A stretch of 64,000 nucleotides of DNA from an uncultured Candidatus Rokubacteria bacterium. GTDB taxonomy: Bacteria; Methylomirabilota; Methylomirabilia; Rokubacteriales; CSP1-6. Where the stretch lies: NCBI GenBank assembly GCA_963762145.1, contig CAVXJS010000017.1:32001-96000 (forward strand), given 5' to 3'. The notes below the pieces were generated by a model. The model searched no databases, was not told the origin of the DNA, and saw only the letters and a list, made by a program, of their open reading frames with translations. Shown one piece after another: positions 28,488-38,593 of this stretch. Position numbers and translations under genes: made by a program. The first letter of the stretch is position 1, and each line of letters opens with the position of its first letter.

Positions 28488-29936
28488 GTGGTGATGCGCC
28501 ATCCGGTCGCATGGTGCAACGGGGGCTGCAGGAGGTCAACCTCGGGCGGCTGCCCGCAAGCTTGCGATCCCGCGGGTAGCGTGTGCCGTTTTCCGTCAGG
28601 CCGCCCGACAGGACGTGACAATCTCCGCTCGCCCTTGCGGCTCCCGATCGCCTCGGGGAGCTCGCGCGTGACCGCGGACGCGGGGGAGCTCTCGGGGGTC
28701 CGGGCGCTGATCGTGGATGACAACGAGATCAACCGACAGGTGCTGCGTGAGCGGCTCGCGAGCTGGCGGATGCGAGCCGACGACGTGGCGTCTGCCACGG
28801 CGGCCCTGGCCGCGCTGCGGGCTGCGGCGGCGGCCGGTGATCCCTTCGGCATGGTGCTCACGGACTTCGAGATGCCGGACGGAGACGGGGAGACGCTCGC
28901 CCGAGCGGTGCGCAGTGATCCGGTGTTGCGCGGGGTACCGATGGTGCTGCTGACGTCGGTGGATCAGCCGGAAGGGACCGAGCACGTCCGGGCTGCCGGC
29001 TTCGGCGCCTACCTGGTCAAACCGGTCCGCGCCTCGCTCCTCATGGATGCGATGCTGACGGTCTGGAGCGGCCGGCTGGAGAGCGAGGCCCGGGAGATGG
29101 TGACCCAGGCGACGCTGACGGGGCGTCGGAGCGAGCGGGCACCGGTCGAGACCGGGCCCGCCACCGCGCTCCACGTCCGGGTCCTGCTTGTCGAGGACAA
29201 CGCAGTCAACCAGCAGGTCGCGACCGCGATGCTGGAGCAGCTCGGGGCCCGCATGGACGTCGCCGCCGATGGGAAGGAGGCGCTCGAGCAGGTGGCGCTC
29301 CTGCCGTACGACCTCATCTTCATGGACTGCGAGATGCCCGAGGTGGACGGGTACGCGGCGACCGCCGAGATCAGACGCCGAGAAGGCGGGGGCCGACGGA
29401 TCCCGATCGTGGCGATGACCGCTCACGCCATGGAGGGGGACCGGGAACGGTGCCTGGAAGCCGGGATGGATGACTACATCTCCAAGCCGGTGAGCCCCGC
29501 GGCCATCGCGGCCGCGGTCCGCCGGTGGGTGCGCGCGTCCGGCGCCGGCCGGGAGGCGGGGCCCGCCGGCACACCGCCCGCGGCCCTGGATGCTGCCCGG
29601 ATCGCCCAGCTTCGGGCCACCCTTGGACGGGGGAACGAGGCCCCGTTCCGGCGGCTCGTCGAGACGTTCCTCGGTGACACGGGTGCTCGCCTCGGGGAGC
29701 TCCGGCAGTGCCTGAATCGCAAGGACGCGGCCATGGTGCGTCGGCTCGCGCACACGCTGCGAGGGAGCTGCCTGAGCCTCGGCGCGCTGCGCATGACCGA
29801 AGTGGCGAGCGCGCTGGAGCGCGCGTCTGCGCAAGGGGATGGCGCGACGGCTGCCCTGATCGACCAGCTCGAAGCAGAGTTCCGACGGGCCGAGTCGGCG
29901 CTCTCTACCCTCCTCGAAGGGGGCCAGAAGTCGTGA
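28488..29936 (+). CDS. REC-REC-Hpt phosphorelay protein (start uncertain; probable 5'-truncated hybrid kinase)
   Basis: LIVDDN..N, LLVEDNAVN, IFMDCEMP, ISKP, Hpt AHTLRGS; the N-terminal ~50 aa look non-coding. Confidence 0.8.
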   Translation: MVMRHPVAWCNGGCRRSTSGGCPQACDPAGSVCRFPSGRPTGRDNLRSPLRLPIASGSSRVTADAGELSGVRALIVDDNEINRQVLRERLASWRMRADDVASATAALAALRAAAAAGDPFGMVLTDFEMPDGDGETLARAVRSDPVLRGVPMVLLTSVDQPEGTEHVRAAGFGAYLVKPVRASLLMDAMLTVWSGRLESEAREMVTQATLTGRRSERAPVETGPATALHVRVLLVEDNAVNQQVATAMLEQLGARMDVAADGKEALEQVALLPYDLIFMDCEMPEVDGYAATAEIRRREGGGRRIPIVAMTAHAMEGDRERCLEAGMDDYISKPVSPAAIAAAVRRWVRASGAGREAGPAGTPPAALDAARIAQLRATLGRGNEAPFRRLVETFLGDTGARLGELRQCLNRKDAAMVRRLAHTLRGSCLSLGALRMTEVASALERASAQGDGATAALIDQLEAEFRRAESALSTLLEGGQKS

Positions 29937-30514
29937 AGATCCTCCTGGTCGACGACGATTCCGCCGCCCGCATGGCTCTGGGTGATCTGCTGGAGCATGG
30001 CGGACACGAGGTCGTGACGACGACGGGAGGCCAGGCCGCCTGGGCGGCTGTTCAGGACGAGTACTTCCCGCTGGTGCTCCTCGACCGCATGATGCCCGAC
30101 CTCGACGGGATCGAGCTGTGTCGCCGGATCCGGGCCCGGCGCCAAACCAGGTACACCTACGTGATTCTCGTGACCATGGTCGGCGGCAAGGAGCCGTACC
30201 TGGAGGGGATGAACGCGGGAGCCGACGACTATTTCAGCAAACCCTTCGATCCCGACGAGCTGCGGGCGCGTCTCCGGGTGGCCGAGCGGGTGCTGAATCT
30301 ACAGGACGAGATCGCGCATCTCCGCGGGCTCCTGCCCATGTGCGCTTACTGCAAGTCCATCCGCGACGAGCACGACGCCTGGATACCGGTCGAGCGGTAC
30401 ATCCAGGAGCGCACGCCCGCCTTGTTGAGCCACGGCATCTGCCCACACTGCTACACCTCGGAAGTCAGGCCGGAGATCGCGCGTCACCGCGCGGCTCGCA
30501 GGACCCACGGCTGA
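29933..30514 (+). CDS. Response regulator with C-terminal Cys/His (putative Zn) domain
   Basis: GTG start; ILLVDDD, LLDRMMP, SKP; LPMCAYCKSIRD...SHGICPHC. Confidence 0.88.
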   Translation: MKILLVDDDSAARMALGDLLEHGGHEVVTTTGGQAAWAAVQDEYFPLVLLDRMMPDLDGIELCRRIRARRQTRYTYVILVTMVGGKEPYLEGMNAGADDYFSKPFDPDELRARLRVAERVLNLQDEIAHLRGLLPMCAYCKSIRDEHDAWIPVERYIQERTPALLSHGICPHCYTSEVRPEIARHRAARRTHG

Positions 30515-30526
30515 GGTCAGACCCGT

Positions 30527-31420
30527 CTATCGCTTCTCGATGGTGCGGATCACCGCCGTGTAGTACGCCTCGCTCCATCCCGCGTCGGCGGTGGCCTCGA
30601 GCAGCCGCCGCGTCGTGCCCGCCTGCTCGAGCGTGACACCCGCAGACTCGGCCAGCTGGATGGCGTACGAGAGGTCCTTCAGGATGTACCGGGTGGGGAA
30701 GGCGCCCTCGGTCGGGTGATGGTCGGGTAGCAGCGACCTCATGCCGTGGTTGCGGAGGACGAAGCTGTCGGCGGATCCCTTGGCGAGCGTCTCGAAGAGG
30801 ACGCGCGGCTCCACCACGCCGGAGGCGCGGGCCACCGCGAGGGCCTCGGCGAGGGCGACCACGGTCTGGGCGACCACCATGTTGTTCATGAGCTTCACCG
30901 CCTGGCCCGCGCCCACCCCTCCGCAGTGAGTCACTTCGGAGCCCATGCACGCCAGGAGCGGGCGGAGCCGCGCAAAGAGCGCCGGCTCCCCGCCCACCAT
31001 GATGCTGAGCGTGCCGTCGCGGGCGGCCTGGGCGGTGCGCGCGATCGGCGCGTCGGCGAAGGCGGCGCCGCGCCCGCCGAAGGCCTGCTGGAGCTCCCGC
31101 GCGAGGGCCACCGGGCAGGTGCTCATGTCGACTACCGTCTGCCCCGGCTTCACGAGGGCCGCGAGGCCATCGCCGGCGCCGAGGCAGACCGCGCGCACCT
31201 GAGGCTCTCCCGGTAGGCACAGGAACACGATCTCCGCGCGGCGCGCCACCTCGGCCACCGAGGCCGCGGCCTGCACGCCGTCGGCTGCGAGGGCAGCGAG
31301 CGGCGCCGGCCGCTCGTCGAAGGCCACCACCGTGGCCCCGGATTTTTTCGCCAGGTTTCGACACATCGCCTCGCCCATGACGCCGAGCCCGACGAATCCG
31401 AGCACTCCTGCTGTCGCCAT
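30527..31420 (-). CDS. beta-hydroxyacid dehydrogenase (3-hydroxyisobutyrate DH family)
   Basis: FVGLGVMG, VVDMST, DAPI, KLMNN, KDL. Confidence 0.92.
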   Translation of the reverse strand: MATAGVLGFVGLGVMGEAMCRNLAKKSGATVVAFDERPAPLAALAADGVQAAASVAEVARRAEIVFLCLPGEPQVRAVCLGAGDGLAALVKPGQTVVDMSTCPVALARELQQAFGGRGAAFADAPIARTAQAARDGTLSIMVGGEPALFARLRPLLACMGSEVTHCGGVGAGQAVKLMNNMVVAQTVVALAEALAVARASGVVEPRVLFETLAKGSADSFVLRNHGMRSLLPDHHPTEGAFPTRYILKDLSYAIQLAESAGVTLEQAGTTRRLLEATADAGWSEAYYTAVIRTIEKR

Positions 31421-31550
31421 GCCTGCCTCCCTTCGCCCTTGAACGGGCGTGCCGGCCCGATAGTAACTGGGTGGGGTGCAGATTGACAGGCGCGCGCGGC
31501 GCTGAGAGGATCGCTCGCCGACCGAGCATGGCAACGTCGGAGCGACACCC

Positions 31551-33575
31551 GTGACGAGCCCATCCGTGACCACGTCCCCCGCGCCGGAGCCGAGCGCGCC
31601 CCTGGCGAGCCGGCTCCGCTGGCTGCTCGGCGCCGGGGTCGGGGCCTGGGCGACCCTGTGTGGGTTCGCCGCCTTCGTTCTCATCCAGGGCAAGCTGGAA
31701 CTCTCCGGGCCGCCCGTCGAAGGTCGCGGTGCGAGCTCCCCCGTCTTCGAGTTCGTGCTGGGCATCGCGGCGGCCGCGCTCGTCTCGTTCGTCGCCGAAT
31801 CGCTCCACGAGCGCATCAAGGAGGGCCCACGAGCCGCCACCGTCACCTTTCCGCGCGTGCTCGTGCTGATGCTCCTCCTCGCCGTCTTCGAGGTGTTCGC
31901 CTCCGCCGGCCACGAGATGGTCGACCACCTGGTCAAGACGCCCCTCGCCACGATCGCCGCCGACGTCCGGACTGCAGTGGCTCCTGCCACTCCGGCGGCC
32001 ACGGCAGTGTCGCCCGCGCGGCCGCCGCGTCCCGTCGATCCGTTCGCCGAGGTGGTCCTCCTCGTGGGGCTCTGGGCGTCGGTCTCGGCCGTGCTCGGCC
32101 TGCGGCTGATGGGCCTGGTCCGGGATCTGCCGGCAAACTTTCGGTCGGTCGGGCGGGGCGCCCTTGAAGGGCTCTTGGCCGGCTTCCTCGTGGCGCCCTT
32201 GATCGTGGTGGGCGTCTTCCTCGCCGTGCGGCTCGGGGTCCACGTCACGACTGATCCGAAGGACGGCGGGGCCGGGATCCTCGCCACGCTCGTGCTCATG
32301 GCCGGGCTGGCCGTGGCGGGATGGGCATGGGGGCGCTCACACCGCCGCCTCGCGGCGGTCATCCTCGTCGCGGTGATTGCCTACGTGGTCCGGGCCCTCG
32401 ATCAGGACCTGGCGCGGCTGGGCACGGTAGCGGTCCTGGCCGCGCTCGTCTGGGGCGTCCCCGCCACGGTGCTCGGCGCGCTCGCGCCGCTCCTGCGGAC
32501 CCGAGCCGAGGAGCCCCGGCTCTGGGGCGGTCTCGCTGCCGGCACTGCCCTGCTCCTGATGCTCTTGACGGTGTGGCGGCTGAAGAATCCGGTTTTCTAC
32601 GCGGTGGCGGTCGGGATCGCGCTCATCGCGGCCGTCTTCTTCTTCTGGAGAGGGTCGCCGGCGCGCCTCCGCTTCTATTGGCCCCTGCTGGCGATCGCGA
32701 TGGCCGCGATGGTCTCGACCTTGACCTTCGTCGTCCAGTACGCGACCTTCATGGGCGTCCTGGCGCAGTTCCATGCCCTCAACGCGGTGCCCGTCTTCCG
32801 GCCGAGCCCCATCGACCGGCTCCAGGCCGCGCTGGGAGAGTTCGCGCAAGGTCCAGACTACGAGAACAAGAAGATCCAGGAGCTGGTCCGACGGGCGCGA
32901 GATTTCTCACGGATGCCCCGCGACCGCCAGCTTGTCCAGCTGCCCGTTATCCAGGCCACCATCAAGGAAGTAGACCAGTCCCTGCGGGATGAGACCGCCG
33001 CCTACTACAAGGCCGGGCGAATGAAAGGCGTCATCACGCGAGATGAGGTGGAGGATCTCTACGGGGCGCTGGCCGCCGCCGTCAACGCCAAGGTCGGTCC
33101 GGAACGCGTGGGCCGGCTCGAGCTCTTGCTTGCGAAGGCCACCGAGCTGCTCGAGACGGAGCGAGCCCGGCTGGCCAGAGCACCTGTTTCCCCCCTTCGC
33201 GAGCGAGCTCGTGCCGCCGGAGTCGTGCTACCTGATCCACTCGAGCCGTTCGAGCACCTGCGGAGCGACGTCGAGCGGGAGGTCCGGGTCGCTCGCGGAG
33301 AGGCTGCGCCCGTCGCCCCCGTCAAGGTGGATCGCCGGGACATCGGGATCCGCGTGGTGATTCCCATGGCGGCCCCGCTGACCGACCTGGGCGCCGCTCG
33401 TGAGCAGCTCGCCAAGGTGAGCGCGGAGGCGGAGGCGCTGCAACTCTGGCTCACCGGCCCCACCGCGCGCGCCCTCGAGCTCACGCTGGTGGGATCCTTT
33501 GGCTTCTGGATGACGGTCGGGCTGCTCGCCGCGTGGAACATGGCGTTTCCGCTGGCTGACGCTGCTGAGGAGTGA
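31551..33575 (+). CDS. Hypothetical polytopic membrane protein with large soluble helical insert
   Basis: About 11-12 hydrophobic segments with a charged coiled region before the last TM; TTGACA upstream at 31482. Confidence 0.7.
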   Translation: MTSPSVTTSPAPEPSAPLASRLRWLLGAGVGAWATLCGFAAFVLIQGKLELSGPPVEGRGASSPVFEFVLGIAAAALVSFVAESLHERIKEGPRAATVTFPRVLVLMLLLAVFEVFASAGHEMVDHLVKTPLATIAADVRTAVAPATPAATAVSPARPPRPVDPFAEVVLLVGLWASVSAVLGLRLMGLVRDLPANFRSVGRGALEGLLAGFLVAPLIVVGVFLAVRLGVHVTTDPKDGGAGILATLVLMAGLAVAGWAWGRSHRRLAAVILVAVIAYVVRALDQDLARLGTVAVLAALVWGVPATVLGALAPLLRTRAEEPRLWGGLAAGTALLLMLLTVWRLKNPVFYAVAVGIALIAAVFFFWRGSPARLRFYWPLLAIAMAAMVSTLTFVVQYATFMGVLAQFHALNAVPVFRPSPIDRLQAALGEFAQGPDYENKKIQELVRRARDFSRMPRDRQLVQLPVIQATIKEVDQSLRDETAAYYKAGRMKGVITRDEVEDLYGALAAAVNAKVGPERVGRLELLLAKATELLETERARLARAPVSPLRERARAAGVVLPDPLEPFEHLRSDVEREVRVARGEAAPVAPVKVDRRDIGIRVVIPMAAPLTDLGAAREQLAKVSAEAEALQLWLTGPTARALELTLVGSFGFWMTVGLLAAWNMAFPLADAAEE

Positions 33576-33580
33576 ACAGC

Positions 33581-33618
33581 CCCTCACCCTGCCCTCTCCC
33601 CGGAGGGGAGAGGGTGGG
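33581..33618. repeat. REP-like palindromic element
   Basis: CCCTCACCCTGCCCTCTCCCCGGAGGGGAGAGGGTGGG, an intergenic hairpin of the common CCCTCACCC..CCCTCTCCC..GGGAGAGGG class. Confidence 0.65.
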
Positions 33619-33656
33619 GAGGTCGCGGATCTGGGGGGAGTGCGCTAGCATGCGGC

Positions 33657-34922
33657 ATGCTTCTGCGGCTCCTGCTGGTCCTTGGGCTCGCGGCCATCAC
33701 GGCTGGGACTGGCGCCGCGGCGGACCCGTCGGCGGTGACGTTCAGCCAGCACGTCGCGCCGCTGCTGCAGCAGCACTGCCAGGAATGCCACCGGCCCGGG
33801 GGCGGGGCCCCGTTCACGCTGGCCGAGTACCCGCACGTCTACCAGCGGCGCCACAAGATTCTCGAATCGGTCGAGAAGCGGCGCATGCCGCCGTGGAAGG
33901 CGGTCTCCGGCTACGGGGATCTCGCGGGCGAGCGCCGGATGTCGCCCGACGAGATGGCCACGATCGCGCGCTGGGTCGCCAGCGGCGCCCCCGAAGGTGA
34001 TCCGCGCGACCTGCCGCCGGCGCGCGAGTTCAGGGCCCCGAGCGCGCTGGACGCGGCCGATCTCGTGCTGCGACCGGACCAGAGCTTCACGGTGGCGGGG
34101 CGCGGCGGCGACATCTACCGGTGTTTCAGCATCCCGACCTCGTTCCCGGAGGACCGCTACTTCACCACCGCGGTGGTCGTGCCGGGCAATCCCCGGATCG
34201 TCCATCACATGCTGGCGATGGTGGATTCCACCGGGGCGTCGACGCGGATGACGTCGGGCGGGATGGGGTCCGACGGTGCGTACGGCTATCCGTGCTTCGG
34301 AGGGCCGGGGTTCCGGATCGACGGCTACCTCGGCGGCTGGGCGCCGGGGGCCCGCGCGTGGGATCTGCCGGAAGGCGTCGGCATGCTCCTGCCGAAGGGC
34401 GCGCGGGTCGTGTTCCAGCTCCACTACCACAACGCGCAGCTCGCGGCGCAGACGGATCTGACCGAGCTCCGGCTGAAGGCGGCGAAGGGCCCGGTGCACC
34501 GGCGCCTGCAGTTCATGCGGGTCGGCCGATTCAACCTGACGATCCCGGCCGGCCAGCCACGCTACCAGATCGAGGCGGGAACCCTCGTGACCCGGCCGAT
34601 GCAGCTGATCGCCATCCACCCGCACATGCACATGCTCGGGCGTGAGATGAAGGTCTGGGCGGAGACGAAGGACAAGTCCGTCACCCCGCTGATCCACATC
34701 CCCGACTGGGATTTCCACTGGCAGGGCTTCTACTGGTTCCGCACGCCGGTGGCGCTGCCCGTCACCACCTGGATCGGGCTCACGGCGGCGTGGGACAACT
34801 CGGAGGGCAACCCGAGGAATCCGAACAAGCCGCCGCGGGACGTGCACTGGGGCGAGCGCAGCGTCGACGAGATGGGGCACGCCGCCATCCTCTACACGTA
34901 CGACGACGAGACGCTGAAGTAA
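33657..34922 (+). CDS. Exported copper type II ascorbate-dependent monooxygenase-like protein with N-terminal CxxCH heme motif
   Basis: Signal peptide, CQECH, MPPW, IVHHM, QLHYHN, HPHMH, WDFHWQ, DEM. Confidence 0.85.
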   Translation: MLLRLLLVLGLAAITAGTGAAADPSAVTFSQHVAPLLQQHCQECHRPGGGAPFTLAEYPHVYQRRHKILESVEKRRMPPWKAVSGYGDLAGERRMSPDEMATIARWVASGAPEGDPRDLPPAREFRAPSALDAADLVLRPDQSFTVAGRGGDIYRCFSIPTSFPEDRYFTTAVVVPGNPRIVHHMLAMVDSTGASTRMTSGGMGSDGAYGYPCFGGPGFRIDGYLGGWAPGARAWDLPEGVGMLLPKGARVVFQLHYHNAQLAAQTDLTELRLKAAKGPVHRRLQFMRVGRFNLTIPAGQPRYQIEAGTLVTRPMQLIAIHPHMHMLGREMKVWAETKDKSVTPLIHIPDWDFHWQGFYWFRTPVALPVTTWIGLTAAWDNSEGNPRNPNKPPRDVHWGERSVDEMGHAAILYTYDDETLK

Positions 34923-34931
34923 GGCGCCGGC

Positions 34932-35906
34932 GTGCGCGTCGGAGCGTTGGTCCTTGCCCTCCATCTGGTTGTTGCATCCTCCTCCGCCGTCGCGCAGCCG
35001 ACCGGGAAGGTGCACCGGATCGGCCTGCTCAGGCACTTTGAGTGTCCGGATCCGTTCGGTCTGAAGGATCTGCGCGAGCGGCTGGGCGAGCTGGGCTACA
35101 TCGAGGGCCGGAACATCGTCATCGAGTGCCGAGCCGCGCCCGGGAAGTGGGAGGAGCTCCCGGAGCTCGCGGCGGAGCTGGTGCGTCTCAACGTCGAGGT
35201 TCTGGTCACGGAAGGGACGCCGGCGAGCCTGGCTGCCAAGCAGGCGACGCGGCTGCTCCCGGTCATCATGGTGTACGTCGGCGATCCGGTGGCGAGCGGG
35301 CTCGTCAGCAGCCTGGGGCGGCCGGGCGGAAACGTCACCGGGGTGTCGATGAACGCCAACGAGATCGTCCGCAAGGACGTCGAGCTGCTCAAGGAGATCG
35401 CTCCCGGGCTCTCGCGCGTCGCGGTCTGGATGGATTCGACGAATCCCAGCCACTTGCCGGCATTTGCCGCAATGGAAGCCACGGCTGACCGGTTGAAGGT
35501 CAGGCTGCAGCGGGTCGACGTTCGAACGGCGGCGGATCTCGACGGCGGCTTCGCGGCCACGCTGAGCCACCGGGCCGAGGCGATCGCGGTCTATCCGCTG
35601 AGCGTCACCCCGGTCGACATCAAGAGGATCGCCGATTTCGCGGTCAAGAACCGGCTGCCGACCGTGACGAACACCGCCGAGTACATCAAGGTGGGGCTCC
35701 TGGCCGGCTACGGGCCGAACGTCCCGGACCAGTATCAGCGCGCGGCGGCCTACATCGAGCGGGTCCTGAAAGGGGCCCAGCCGGCCGATTTGCCCGTCGA
35801 GCAGCCTACGAAGCTCGACCTCGTCATCAACGGCCGGACCGCGAAAGCGCTCGGGGTCACGCTGCCGCCGTCGATACGGTTACGCGCCGTGGAGGTCATC
35901 GAGTAG
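34932..35906 (+). CDS. ABC transporter substrate-binding protein (ABC_sub_bind family)
   Basis: LGYIEGRN, DPVASGLVSSLGRPGGNVTG, PADLPVEQPTK..LVIN..TAKALG. Confidence 0.92.
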   Translation: MRVGALVLALHLVVASSSAVAQPTGKVHRIGLLRHFECPDPFGLKDLRERLGELGYIEGRNIVIECRAAPGKWEELPELAAELVRLNVEVLVTEGTPASLAAKQATRLLPVIMVYVGDPVASGLVSSLGRPGGNVTGVSMNANEIVRKDVELLKEIAPGLSRVAVWMDSTNPSHLPAFAAMEATADRLKVRLQRVDVRTAADLDGGFAATLSHRAEAIAVYPLSVTPVDIKRIADFAVKNRLPTVTNTAEYIKVGLLAGYGPNVPDQYQRAAAYIERVLKGAQPADLPVEQPTKLDLVINGRTAKALGVTLPPSIRLRAVEVIE

Positions 35907-36543
35907 GCGTCGAGGACGCCGGCTGGAGCCTCGCCGCGCCGCCTGGGGCGAGCGGCCACACGTAGCGGTCCCACGTGAGGCCGACCACGTCCATCTGGCC
36001 CTCCGCTCGCGCCCCCGAGCGTTCCGCGACGCGCCGTGACCGGGCGTTCTGCGGAAGAATGGCCGAGATCGCGTAGGACAGCCGCAGAACGTCCCGCACG
36101 TAGTCGCGCACGCAACGCGCCGCTTCGGTCGCGAGACCGTGGCCCCAGACCGCGGGGTCGAACGTGTAGCCGAGCTCACACTCGAAGGTCAGCGCGGTGC
36201 CCGCGGGCGCCTCTTCGCGCCCGAACCAGCCTCTGCGAATCCCGTGCTCGGGTGCCGCGGATTCGACCACGAGGTCCATCAGGCCGCAGCGCCCGATCAA
36301 TCTGCCGTCGTCCTTGCGGAGGACCGCGAGATAGCCGAGCGCGAGCCGCTCATAGCTCGCGAGCGTGTACTGCAGCCATGCGGCCGTCTCTTCGGGCGAG
36401 CGCGGCCGGCCTCCGGGATAGAGATGCTGCGCGACTTCGGGTAGTGCGTGGATGCGAGTGAAGAAGGGCAGATCGTCAGGCGTGACGCGGCGAAGCACGA
36501 GGCGAGCCGACTCCAGCCGGTCCGTGCCGTGCGCCAGGGTCAT
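35896..36543 (-). CDS. GNAT N-acetyltransferase (RimJ/RimL family)
   Basis: RLVLRR, LIGRCGL, ELGY...WGHGLATEAA, NARSRRVAER. Confidence 0.88.
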   Translation of the reverse strand: MTLAHGTDRLESARLVLRRVTPDDLPFFTRIHALPEVAQHLYPGGRPRSPEETAAWLQYTLASYERLALGYLAVLRKDDGRLIGRCGLMDLVVESAAPEHGIRRGWFGREEAPAGTALTFECELGYTFDPAVWGHGLATEAARCVRDYVRDVLRLSYAISAILPQNARSRRVAERSGARAEGQMDVVGLTWDRYVWPLAPGGAARLQPASSTPTR

Positions 36544-36602
36544 GGTGAGAAGCCGTGGCGGTTCGACATCGGTGGCCTTGGTAGACGGTTGAGAGCCCGC
36601 TC

Positions 36603-37637
36603 CTATGGCACCGTACCGGTGAGCTCGATCACTCGCCCGGTACGGAGGATGACGGCCTTGATCTCCTGGCCCGGTTTGAGCGTGGCCAGATGATCACGGA
36701 TCTTGACCATGGCGGCGGGGCCCGTCGCGGCCACCCCTGCGACGGACAGGATGATGTCACCGCCCAGCACGATCTGCTGGCCGTCGATGGTGACGAGGCG
36801 GGTGCCGCCGCGCAACCCCGCCTCCTCGCCCGGCGAGCCCTTGGCCACGCTCTTGACGAGGTAGCCGCTCATGTTGTTGGGGACGTTGAGCAGGTCGGCC
36901 AGGTCATCGGTGAGGAACTGCCCTTCCAGACCGCCCCAGAACGACTTCTTGGCGAGGAGGAGCTCCTGCGCGGTCTTCATGGTGACGACGAAGCCCAGGC
37001 CTTCGCTCCCGCCCGACTTCGAGATGTTGTGGCTGACGATGCCGATGACGTCGCCCGCCGCGTTGAACATGGGCCCACCCGAGTTGCCGGTGTTGATGGT
37101 GGCGTCGGTCTGGAAGAACTCGGCCATGGGCATGGTCTTGTACACCGAGTTCGGAGCCCACCGGGCGCTGATGAGGCCCGCGCTCAGCGAGTAGCTGAGG
37201 CCGTAGGGGGCCCCCACGATGTAGACCGGGTCGCCCACCCGGACCGTGTCCGAGTTGGCCATCTTCGCCACCCGGGCCGCCGCGGGCACCCGGTCGATCT
37301 GGAGCAGCGAGAGGTCCGCCGCCGGCTCGGAGGCGATCACGCGGGCCGGCATCGACTCGCCGCCCAGGAACTCGACCGTGATGTCGTTCATGGAGTGCAC
37401 CACGTGGGCCGCGGTCATGATCTTGCCGTCCGCCGAGATCAGCACGCCCGAGCCGGTCTCGTTGAAGCGCGTCTGGCCGCTGGCCGTCACCTCGCTGCCC
37501 TTGGCCCGGATCACGACCACCGACGGGGTAACCTTGCGGAACACGTCGCCGGGGGTCTGAGCCTCGGCGGCTCCCGGAATCGAGACCGCCGCCGTCACCG
37601 CCGTCACCGCCAGCACCATCGCCCACGCTGCTTTCAT
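36603..37637 (-). CDS. HtrA/DegP-like trypsin protease with PDZ
   Basis: TAAHVV, DLSLL, QTDATINTGNSGGP; C-terminal PDZ; signal peptide. Confidence 0.92.
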   Translation of the reverse strand: MKAAWAMVLAVTAVTAAVSIPGAAEAQTPGDVFRKVTPSVVVIRAKGSEVTASGQTRFNETGSGVLISADGKIMTAAHVVHSMNDITVEFLGGESMPARVIASEPAADLSLLQIDRVPAAARVAKMANSDTVRVGDPVYIVGAPYGLSYSLSAGLISARWAPNSVYKTMPMAEFFQTDATINTGNSGGPMFNAAGDVIGIVSHNISKSGGSEGLGFVVTMKTAQELLLAKKSFWGGLEGQFLTDDLADLLNVPNNMSGYLVKSVAKGSPGEEAGLRGGTRLVTIDGQQIVLGGDIILSVAGVAATGPAAMVKIRDHLATLKPGQEIKAVILRTGRVIELTGTVP

Positions 37638-37652
37638 GGCGGGCCTCCCTTC

Positions 37653-38351
37653 TTACTGAATCCAGCCCTGTTCCTGGAATCGCGGCTTCATCAGTCGGGC
37701 GATCTCCTTGGCCGTCGCCGCGGCTCTGCCCTCGATCCCGCTGCTGCCGCTCATCTCGCCGTGGGCCTTCATCCCGGTGCTCACGAGGAGGCCCGCCGGG
37801 TTACCGGTCGCGATGAGGCCGACGACTCCCACCGCCGCGCCGGGTGTCGTGTTCCCAGCGGCATCCACGGTGCCGGAGCCGAGCTTTCGCAGGCCCTGTG
37901 ACGTCATCTGGAAGCCTTCGACCGCCGTCCGGAGCTCCGACGCCCCGGCCCCGAAGCCGAGCGCCATGCGCCTGGTGGCGCTGCCCTCGTGCACCGAAAG
38001 GATGTAGCCCTTGATGATGACGTCGTTCAGCCTCGCCGGCGTGCCGATCGGGACCTCCGCGCCCGCGAGGCCCATGTCGCGGATCTCGGCGGCCAGGAGG
38101 CCGGCCAGGTGGGCGCCCAGCTGGCGGCCCGCCTGGATCTCCTGGGCGGTCTGTGGGGGGGTACCGGCAGTCTGGCTGGCAAGCTCCGGAGCATCCGCGG
38201 GCGTCGCGGCGAAGTTGTACACCAGGATGCGATTGGGCCGCGGGAGCTTGTCGGTCACGAGGATCCTTTGGTCGGCAACCTCGGTCGAGGCGCACCCCGC
38301 CATGAAAGCCAGAGCCAGCAGGCCCGAGACCATACGGCTACGAGATCTCAT
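37653..38351 (-). CDS. DUF4410-like lipoprotein
   Basis: Lipobox MAGC, ILVYNF, EGSATRRMALGFGAGAS. Confidence 0.75.
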   Translation of the reverse strand: MRSRSRMVSGLLALAFMAGCASTEVADQRILVTDKLPRPNRILVYNFAATPADAPELASQTAGTPPQTAQEIQAGRQLGAHLAGLLAAEIRDMGLAGAEVPIGTPARLNDVIIKGYILSVHEGSATRRMALGFGAGASELRTAVEGFQMTSQGLRKLGSGTVDAAGNTTPGAAVGVVGLIATGNPAGLLVSTGMKAHGEMSGSSGIEGRAAATAKEIARLMKPRFQEQGWIQ

Positions 38352-38433
38352 CGCAATCCTCCATGGCAAGACCGGTATGGTGGCGCGCGTTCATGCTGGT
38401 GACGGCAGTGTGCCGTCCAGCGCGGAACGGGTC

Positions 38434-38453
38434 AATAGGACGAAGGTGCTATC
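38434..38453 (-). promoter_or_regulatory. Palindromic site 8 (AATAGGACGAAGGTGCTATC on +)
   Basis: Degenerate consensus match; -10-like CACACT 21 bp away (38407-38412), ahead of the lipoprotein gene. Confidence 0.55.
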
Positions 38454-38479
38454 GGCCGAGCGAGCTCGGCTACTGGGAG

Positions 38480-38499
38480 GACGGGACCAACGTCCCATA
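38480..38499. promoter_or_regulatory. Palindromic site 9 (GACGGGACCAACGTCCCATA), possible auxiliary site
   Basis: GGGAC-CAAC-GTCCC core 46 bp upstream of site 8; no -10 at the usual spacing. Confidence 0.4.
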
Positions 38500-38593
38500 G
38501 ACCCGGGGGCCCGGGTATGACGACCATGCAGCCAGGAGCCCCAGGAAGCCGATGACTCCCGGCGGGCCGAAACGTAGCGCTACCGCGAGTAGC

